This document shows positions 57,660-64,000 of a stretch of 64,000 nucleotides of DNA, in pieces. The notes under the pieces were generated by a model that saw only the letters and a program-made list of their open reading frames with translations, had not been told where the DNA came from and searched no databases. The position numbers and the translations under genes were made by a program. The stretch spans positions 2,144 through 66,143 of the forward strand of contig CAZFIH010000001.1 of NCBI GenBank assembly GCA_964519445.1, in the 5' to 3' direction. Numbering within the stretch: the first letter of the stretch is position 1; every line of letters starts with the position of its first letter. This DNA is from an uncultured Bdellovibrionales bacterium (GTDB lineage Bacteria; Patescibacteriota; Minisyncoccia; Moranbacterales; UBA11712).

Positions 57660-57808
57660 GTCACGTACCTTACCTGCCCGCCTTTGGCTGCGGTACGTAT
57701 CCGGTTACTTATAATTTGCCCGCCGCGGGCGGGAATCACGGAATTATTTTGCAAATAACATTCTCACATTCTCCCCCCAGAGGCGGGCAGGCAAGAATGC
57801 TGGAGGGT
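57660..57808. repeat. Modular repeat block (ACGTAC module with GC insert, core hairpin, M1 palindrome with 19-nt insert)
   Basis: Core at 57719-57733; M1 at 57758-57808 closely matches 1410-1460. Confidence 0.8.
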
Positions 57809-57812
57809 TATT

Positions 57813-58571
57813 TTATATCTTATCAATCCACTTCAATAATATTTCCTTTATCTCATCCAAATGTTCCTTTTCTCTAAAGGTGTGCTCGGCGCCTTTTATT
57901 ATATGCAATTCCTTTTTTCCCGGCAGAGCGTCAAATAATATTTTCTGGTGATCGGGTAGAGTCCGTGTGTCTTTATCGCCGACAATCATCAGTACCGGCA
58001 TTGTGAGTTTATCGACATTTTCTAAAAGATCGTACTTCAGCCGATCCTCCATATGTGACCACGGTAGTTTTTTTACAATTCCTGGTTTTGATCTGCTCTC
58101 GGAAATTCGCCAACCGTCCTTCTTCCATTTTTTCGTATCTTCCGTATCGGCTGATAATTTTCCTGAAACAACCGTTGAAATCGGCGCAAGCGCTTTTACT
58201 TTTTCCGGATATTTTTCTGCATAGAGCGCCGTGCAAATTCCTCCCAAGCTGTGCCCTGCCAGCACGAACGGTTCCTGATACAACTTCTCGGTTTTCGCCC
58301 ACTCAATAACGTCTTCGAGATCTTCATAATAATTCGTGACTGTGGCTTTTTCAATATCACCCTCGCTTTCACTGAAGGAGTTCGTCGCATCAAAGCGGAT
58401 CACAGAGAAGCCTTTTTTTCTGAATGCATTCGCGAACGTTTCAATGTGCGGCTGTTCCTTGAATCCGCCTAACCCGTGCATAACGAAAGCCAATCCTTTT
58501 TGCTCGGGTATTTCCTCAATTAGCACCGCCATCTTCTGTTCCTTGCGGTTTTTGATAAATAATTTTTCCAT
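57813..58571 (-). CDS. Alpha/beta hydrolase
   Basis: MHGLGG, GHSLGG, GDKD, GAEH catalytic triad. Confidence 0.92.
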   Translation of the reverse strand: MEKLFIKNRKEQKMAVLIEEIPEQKGLAFVMHGLGGFKEQPHIETFANAFRKKGFSVIRFDATNSFSESEGDIEKATVTNYYEDLEDVIEWAKTEKLYQEPFVLAGHSLGGICTALYAEKYPEKVKALAPISTVVSGKLSADTEDTKKWKKDGWRISESRSKPGIVKKLPWSHMEDRLKYDLLENVDKLTMPVLMIVGDKDTRTLPDHQKILFDALPGKKELHIIKGAEHTFREKEHLDEIKEILLKWIDKI

Positions 58572-58642
58572 TTTGTCTTCTGTTATAATTACACCTACTT
58601 TTCCCTTCTCTCAATTACGACATTCTCACATTCTGCAGAATA

Positions 58643-58930
58643 TTAGAATGTTTTTATGAATTTCAAAAATCTTGATCCGTAAGGCGAGAGGCTGTGCTCT
58701 ACCTGGCGGCCGCGGTATTTCTTGTTGACCAAGCCGGCCTGCACCAGTTTTCTGGTATGTTCCGAAATGGTTTTGATATTGCAATCCAATGCCGCCGCAA
58801 TCCCGTCAACGGTAATCCCTGTGTTTTTTGAAACAAGGCCCAATATTTCAATTCTCCGGTGATTGGCCACGCCCTTGAAATGCCTTTCTAGTTGCTTTGG
58901 AGTTTTGCTTCTTGCTTTAACTATTTGCAT
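58643..58930 (-). CDS. ArsR-like winged-helix DNA-binding protein
   Basis: FKGVANHRRIEIL...TISEHTRKLVQAGLV...HSLSPYG. Confidence 0.88.
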   Translation of the reverse strand: MQIVKARSKTPKQLERHFKGVANHRRIEILGLVSKNTGITVDGIAAALDCNIKTISEHTRKLVQAGLVNKKYRGRQVEHSLSPYGSRFLKFIKTF

Positions 58931-58947
58931 TTATTAGCAGTGCTACA

Positions 58948-58999
58948 ATAGTATCAAATACGGAAGAATATTCCAACATTCTGCAGAATATAGGAATAT
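58948..58999 (-). promoter_or_regulatory. Promoter TTGGAA-17-TACTAT overlapped by an M1 palindrome (candidate operator)
   Basis: -35 at 58976-58971, -10 at 58953-58948; palindrome ATATTCC-aac-ATTCTGCAGAAT-ata-GGAATAT at 58968-58999. Confidence 0.55.
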
Positions 59000-59002
59000 A
59001 TT

Positions 59003-59182
59003 CTATTTGCTTCGCCAATCTCTAATTTGTATTCCTCCTCTTATTCTTGCGACTTTCACTTTCTGTCTTTCTCGCCAGCCGAGCTCGCGGAGCATTTCAA
59101 TTGGAAGGGTGATGCCCAGAGAACTCGCGCCGATTCGGGATATTTTTCGGATGTTTCGATTTTGAATTTTCCGCCTCGCCAT
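59003..59182 (-). CDS. AbrB/MazE/SpoVT-family small DNA-binding protein
   Basis: Manual translation: MARRKIQNRNIRKISRIGASSLGITLPIEMLRELGWRERQKVKVARIRGGIQIRDWRSK (59 aa, below the ORF-track cutoff). Confidence 0.8.
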   Translation of the reverse strand: MARRKIQNRNIRKISRIGASSLGITLPIEMLRELGWRERQKVKVARIRGGIQIRDWRSK

Positions 59183-59230
59183 AAAATAGGTATTTAAATA
59201 TGTATTTTAATAAGTATTTCTATTTTTATC

Positions 59231-60231
59231 CTATCCCACCAAGAGATTCGTGACAATCTTTATCATCTTATCCTTTTCTTTTGGGTCGCTGATGGCGATG
59301 AGAAGCGCCAGGGCTGTGAGAGCGTTGTCGTTGATTTTCCGCTCCCCGCTTTTTTTTAGGAGATAAAATTATTCCGGTCTAAAAAATAAACAAACAAAAA
59401 CGAACCGATTCGCTTGTTGCCGTCAACGAACGGATGGTCCTTGATCACCAAATACAAAAGATGGGCCGCTTTTTCTTCGAGGGAAGAATAAAGCTCCTTT
59501 TTTCCAAACGTTTGGCAGAGATTTCCTACGATGGCTTCAAGTTTATTTCCAGATTCTTGTCCGAACAAATCACTCGCTTCCTTTTTGGCGGTGAGCTTTT
59601 TCTTTATTTCGGCGATAACTGATTTGGCGTCTTTGTATTTCAGAATAAATTTCCCCTTGGCCTTTTTTGAGAGATGTAATTTTTCCTTATCATACTTTTC
59701 AAGAAGACTAAGTGTCTTTGAATAATTCTCAAGCAGATTCAATATTTCTTTCTCCTGCCCTTTGAGGAGCTTATGACTTGATTTTTCTCGGAGAAATAAG
59801 ATTGTTTCCCGCAAGTCTTCGAATTTATTCTTTTCCTGCAACAGTCGCTTTTCGTTAATCGTGTAGCCTTTGATCAAATGCTGTTTCAGTGTTTTCGTCG
59901 CCCAAATGCGGAATTGGGTAGCTCTTTTGGAGTTCACCCTATAGCCAACAGAAATAATCATATCTAAGTTATACATGTTCATCTTTCTTATTTTCCCATC
60001 AGCTGCAACCTGTTCCAAAATGGAACAGGTTGATTTTCTATCTAATTCGCCTGTTTTATAAATATTATTTATATGCTTAACAATAGCGGGACGATTCACA
60101 CTAAAAACTTTTGCGATGGAATGAGCGTCTAACCAAACAGAACCCTTTTCAAGTTTTACTTGAATTTCTGGTCCGCTTGGGGAGCGATAAATCACAATCT
60201 CTCCTTTTTTTATTTCCTTCTTTCGTGCCAT
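59231..60231 (-). pseudogene. RhuM-like + Fic/Doc fusion with a C-terminal frameshift
   Basis: YNLDMIISVGYRVNSKRATQFRIWAT (RhuM) and HPFVDGNKRIG (Fic). The ORF stops at 59356, but YLLKKSGERKINDNALTALALLIAISDPKEKDKMIKIVTNLLVG* continues in another frame to 59231. Confidence 0.8.
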
Positions 60232-60260
60232 ATATTTCCTTTATCCTACTCCAAAATCAC

Positions 60261-60758
60261 CTATTTTTCAAGAAAAAAGGCCGGTTTTGAAACATGAGGA
60301 TCGCCTTCGCTTTGAAATATGTGGATAATATCGCATTGCTTCCAGACATTTTTCAGGTCGCCCGACAACTGGAAATTTTCGCAGCCATATGTATTGTTGT
60401 GAGGCGTCGCGACGAGGAAAAGGGCGCCTATTTTCTTGGTAAATTTGTTTTCGGAAAGATATTTGGCAAGAAAAATTCCGCCCAGTGAATGGCCGATAAG
60501 AATTACGTTATTTCGAAAGAAGGGCCGCATTCTTTCGAACCAAATTTTCCATTCTTTATATTTCGCGTTCTGCTTGTTCGGCATTTGAGGCATAAGCACT
60601 TCATAATTGTTTCCTAAAGCAGCAGCTAACGTGCTTTTCCAGTCTTTTTTACGAAAAAAATATGCTGAATCTACTTTTCTGTTTTTCAGAAAATGCAAAA
60701 AGTCATCGTATTTATTGAACGACCATCCGCCATGTATGACAACTACTTGCTTTTTCAT
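60261..60758 (-). CDS. RBBP9/YdeN-family alpha/beta hydrolase, apparently C-terminally truncated
   Basis: VVIHGG, PQMPN, WKIWFE, GHSLGG, SEGDP; ends before the expected catalytic His segment. Confidence 0.75.
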   Translation of the reverse strand: MKKQVVVIHGGWSFNKYDDFLHFLKNRKVDSAYFFRKKDWKSTLAAALGNNYEVLMPQMPNKQNAKYKEWKIWFERMRPFFRNNVILIGHSLGGIFLAKYLSENKFTKKIGALFLVATPHNNTYGCENFQLSGDLKNVWKQCDIIHIFQSEGDPHVSKPAFFLEK

Positions 60759-60769
60759 TGGTAAATTCT

Positions 60770-61783
60770 TTATTTCAATAAATCATCCAATAATCTCAAA
60801 AGCAGATTGAGTCTCGCTTTCTTTTCTTTTTTTGGTTTTCGCGAAGCGGTGACGTCGGCTAGAATGGCGCCTAGGCATCTTTCCGTAAGACTGGCTTTGA
60901 GCAAGCTTTCCGGATTATTCATTTTGAGCTGTCTCATTATTGGAAGCACGTCCTTTGTCCATGAGCCAATTCCCCTTTTCCATTTTCGATAGTCCGTTTT
61001 CCAGTTGGCTCCGAGCATCCAATCCGACCAGATCATGAAACCGATTTCATAACCTTCGGGATAGAAGCAGGTATGAGCGAAATCGGTAAGGTAATAGACA
61101 TTCTTTTTCGGTGAAAAATATATTTCTTTGGCCTTGAAATGCCCGTGAGACCAGAGCATTTTTCGGGGTCGGAAAACTTTGCAAATGAGTTCTTGAGCTT
61201 GGAAATACAAAGGGAAAAATTTCTTGAGGTTGAGAGCTGGTTTTTCACCCCTGAGTTGCATCTCGATTTCCCTTTCGTTTGCCATTTCGAACCAGCGGTG
61301 AATCCTGGTAATGTGGAATTCATCGGCTGGCAGTTTCTCGGCAATGAGAAGAGGGCGGAAAGATTTTTTGGGAAAGTGTTTTTTGTACTCGAGATAAACC
61401 TCCAAAAATTCTTTTCTGCGGATTTTTTTCATAGGATTCGGGTAATCCGATTCGGACAAGAAATGTCCGTCTTTGGGAAGTTTTTCCATGATATACCAGC
61501 CGCGGGATGGTGAGATTTCTTTGTACTTGTATACTGCGGGACCAATAAGTTTTTTGCTTTTGTTGACCCGGTTGTAGTAAACCAGCGAGGAAGCCTCTTT
61601 GATTCTTCTCGGCTCGTCGTATATTTTGAGAACCACCGGTTTATTTCTGTAAACCCCGGAGTAAATTATATTTCTCAAATTGTCTGGTTGCCCCAGGTCC
61701 GAATGATATATTTTTCTCGGCGATTTTAGCCCCGTTTCTCCGATTACCTTCGCTGCCCATTTTTGCAGTAGAGTCTTTTCCAT
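60770..61783 (-). CDS. Aminoglycoside-phosphotransferase/kinase-like protein
   Basis: VVLKIY, YIMEKL, SHGHFKAKEI and LTDFA in kinase-fold order. Confidence 0.6.
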   Translation of the reverse strand: MEKTLLQKWAAKVIGETGLKSPRKIYHSDLGQPDNLRNIIYSGVYRNKPVVLKIYDEPRRIKEASSLVYYNRVNKSKKLIGPAVYKYKEISPSRGWYIMEKLPKDGHFLSESDYPNPMKKIRRKEFLEVYLEYKKHFPKKSFRPLLIAEKLPADEFHITRIHRWFEMANEREIEMQLRGEKPALNLKKFFPLYFQAQELICKVFRPRKMLWSHGHFKAKEIYFSPKKNVYYLTDFAHTCFYPEGYEIGFMIWSDWMLGANWKTDYRKWKRGIGSWTKDVLPIMRQLKMNNPESLLKASLTERCLGAILADVTASRKPKKEKKARLNLLLRLLDDLLK

Positions 61784-61822
61784 ATGTGAGTATACTAGCC
61801 CGAAATTCTTCTTTTTTCAAAT

Positions 61823-61852
61823 AAAAAAAGACCCCGGGTAGCACCTGGGGCC
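61823..61852 (-). terminator. Hairpin terminator
   Basis: GGCCCCAGGTGCTACCCGGGGTC followed by TTTTTTT on the minus strand. Confidence 0.7.
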
Positions 61853-61875
61853 TAAACAGGATAGATAAATGAATT

Positions 61876-62451
61876 TTATGCATAGGCTTGCTTTGCCGAA
61901 CCTCTGGCGAGCATTGCGGTGAGAAGTTTTTCCTCGCCTGCCTTAAATCGAGTGAGGGCAATCGTCGGCGGCTCCTGGAATGGAATTATTTTTCCCTCTT
62001 TCGCGGCGATCGCGAGCGCGGTCGCCCGATGATGACCCTCAATGAGAACAATTGATCCATCCGGCATGAGAACTCCAATAAATTCTGTGGGATCGGGGAA
62101 ATTTTCAAGGAGCCCCTCGACTTTTTCATTGTCTTTGAAAGATACGCGCTCGATAAGCGTTGAAAAAGCATGCCTCAGGCGCTCATGAGCCGGAAAATGA
62201 TTTTGCCAAGACCGGGTAGGGCCCACGCGAAATTGAGGAATTGCCTCAAGCGGATTGAGTATGATATAGCGACGCCATTCCCTATCCCGCGCTCCAATAT
62301 TTTCTGCCCACTCGGATCTCCATTCTGGCCATGAATTCCAGCCTTTATTCATGGCAACCTGTTGCCATTCTTTCATCGTGCCTTCCCGCTCTTGCCAAGC
62401 GCGAAAGACATCCTCCCAATTTGTTTCTTCCGTGAATTGTAATCCTTCCAT
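61876..62451 (-). CDS. ParB/Srx-like domain protein
   Basis: IVLIEGHHRATAL matches the ParB/Srx (D/E)GHHR motif. Confidence 0.6.
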   Translation of the reverse strand: MEGLQFTEETNWEDVFRAWQEREGTMKEWQQVAMNKGWNSWPEWRSEWAENIGARDREWRRYIILNPLEAIPQFRVGPTRSWQNHFPAHERLRHAFSTLIERVSFKDNEKVEGLLENFPDPTEFIGVLMPDGSIVLIEGHHRATALAIAAKEGKIIPFQEPPTIALTRFKAGEEKLLTAMLARGSAKQAYA

Positions 62452-62534
62452 TTTTTATATCCCCCCAATGAGTGATTCTTTGACATTTTTTTCAAGTGAA
62501 TTTATCCTTCCAGATTTCATCCACTTCAAAAATA

Positions 62535-62942
62535 TTAGTTCCAATTCAAATAGGTTATCGTGAATTGAAGGCCGGTAGCGAAAATGACCCACAGGAGGTA
62601 TGGGATATTCGCAAGCGCGATCCAGCGGGCGTGCGGCCAAATCGCAACCATTGCCCAAATGAGGGTGCCGAGGACGAGGAGTATGTCAATCGCTGCCAAA
62701 AGATTGCTTTGAAGCCGGAATTGAATCGGAGAGAAGGCGAAATTAAAAATGAGATTCAGGATGAACGGAAGAAGAACCAGAAAGGACACGCGGCCTTTCC
62801 AAAATAAATACACCGCGTATCCGAACGAAACGGCAATGATTATGTACAAAGCGGTCCAAACCGGACCGAAAATCCACGCCGGTGGCGCCCAGGAGGGTTT
62901 TATAAGTTCTTGATACCAATTGAAAGTGTCCATATTGTTCAT
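62535..62942 (-). CDS. TspO/MBR family protein (copy 2)
   Basis: WYQELIKPSWAPPAWIFGPVWTALY, NFAFSPIQF, PYLLWVIFAT. Confidence 0.93.
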   Translation of the reverse strand: MNNMDTFNWYQELIKPSWAPPAWIFGPVWTALYIIIAVSFGYAVYLFWKGRVSFLVLLPFILNLIFNFAFSPIQFRLQSNLLAAIDILLVLGTLIWAMVAIWPHARWIALANIPYLLWVIFATGLQFTITYLNWN

Positions 62943-62948
62943 TTCAAA

Positions 62949-64000
62949 TCACTGAATATATTCTATCGATTCGGCCATATGCCTGAAAATTGCCAGGGCT
63001 TCGAAAATTTCCGGATCCAGAGAAACGGAATTTTTTGGTTTCTGGAAATCAATTTTCGAAATATTTTCCAGTTTCAATTCTTCGCTTTGAGTGCCTGTTT
63101 TGATCATGAGCTGGTCGATAACCATCTCGAGGCACGTTTCGGGATACGGTTTTCCCGGCAAATAGTACCCGAGTGCGCTGAAAATCGGCTCCCCGTGGTT
63201 CACGAAGCGAAAATCGATTGCTCCAATGTCGCTGATCCTTTCGCATCCTTCTTCGCAGAATTGATCAAGGCTGTCGTATTCATAAGCGCAACTTCCCACG
63301 ATATTATTCGGATGGTCCGGTATAAATCCATGCTCTATGCCCAAGACTCTGACGTTGAGCGGGTCGGGCATCATTTCATCGTCCGAATCCGATTCTCCGG
63401 GTTTTGCAATTTTGACATACAATTCTTCCTTTCCAATCTCGGGTTCTGTCAAAATCCAGTTCTCCGGATAGTCGAATTGGATGCCATAAGTCGGATTGTA
63501 ATAATGCTTCCATTTGAGACCCGCCAGAATTTCCTCTTGCTGCCGCGTATTTAGTTCGGTATTGGTACCTGCGTCGGGCGGCTGGTCTTGTGAGTTTTGC
63601 TCGTCATTGCCAGATTCGGAAATAATTTTAGCGAGTTGCTTATTAATCCTTTCTTGGCGTTTCTGGCTCTCGGCTTGTGTGATTTTTTTGGTGATCTCTT
63701 CATTAACGCGCATTAACCGCATAGTGTCTCGATACGATAAGAAAATCGCAGTCCCTAAAATAACCGCTAAAGCGATAACAAGTGAAATTCGCAGTCGATC
63801 GAACGCTCTTTCTCTGGAATCCGTAGTTTCGAAATATTCGGCGCGGTTCAGGGTCGCAAGCCTTAGCCGATATGCGATAAAACCCACAAAAAGACCAATC
63901 AGTCCCCAGAAAAGTGGGGACGCGATCACGTATAGAAGCGTCTGTTCCCCCTCAAGTTGAAGAATCGGCTGGACGATTGCAATGAAAGGCAAAAGAGGAA
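62949..64000 (-). CDS. Membrane protein with C-terminal PsbP-like domain (5' partial)
   Basis: Frame is open to the window end; TMs, then WKHYYNPTYGIQFDYPENW. Confidence 0.7.
   Translation of the reverse strand, partial: PLLPFIAIVQPILQLEGEQTLLYVIASPLFWGLIGLFVGFIAYRLRLATLNRAEYFETTDSRERAFDRLRISLVIALAVILGTAIFLSYRDTMRLMRVNEEITKKITQAESQKRQERINKQLAKIISESGNDEQNSQDQPPDAGTNTELNTRQQEEILAGLKWKHYYNPTYGIQFDYPENWILTEPEIGKEELYVKIAKPGESDSDDEMMPDPLNVRVLGIEHGFIPDHPNNIVGSCAYEYDSLDQFCEEGCERISDIGAIDFRFVNHGEPIFSALGYYLPGKPYPETCLEMVIDQLMIKTGTQSEELKLENISKIDFQKPKNSVSLDPEIFEALAIFRHMAESIEYIQ

Overview
A 64-kb segment of a small-genome bacterium. The gene content suggests Patescibacteria/CPR, probably Parcubacteria such as Ca. 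Moranbacteria; this is an inference. It uses standard code 11, and nearly every gene lies on the minus strand. The core includes ftsEX, frameshifted prfB, a prsA-like foldase, a divIC/ftsB-like gene, lepA, and a surface-glycan locus (murJ, DUF4012, three GT4s, Wzz-like, priming glycosyltransferase). It also includes rnpB, RNase HI, recJ, ADP-forming acetate-CoA ligase, msrB, a PfkB kinase, gpmI and three tRNAs. Accessory regions of small or secreted proteins flank the core at both ends. The most striking non-coding signals are four. (1) tRNA-Gln(CTG) sits as the apical domain of a promoter-driven, ~220-nt rod-shaped RNA with 6S RNA-like features. (2) The RNase P RNA is enlarged to ~680 nt by two hairpin insertions derived from low-complexity repeat families found elsewhere in the window. 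(3) Several nested families of palindromic micro-elements occur, including 19-20-nt GC-rich inserts sitting inside other palindromes and one in-frame insertion in lepA. (4) Co-oriented modular repeats punctuate the accessory genes at both ends. No CRISPR array, rRNA, transposase or integrase was seen.
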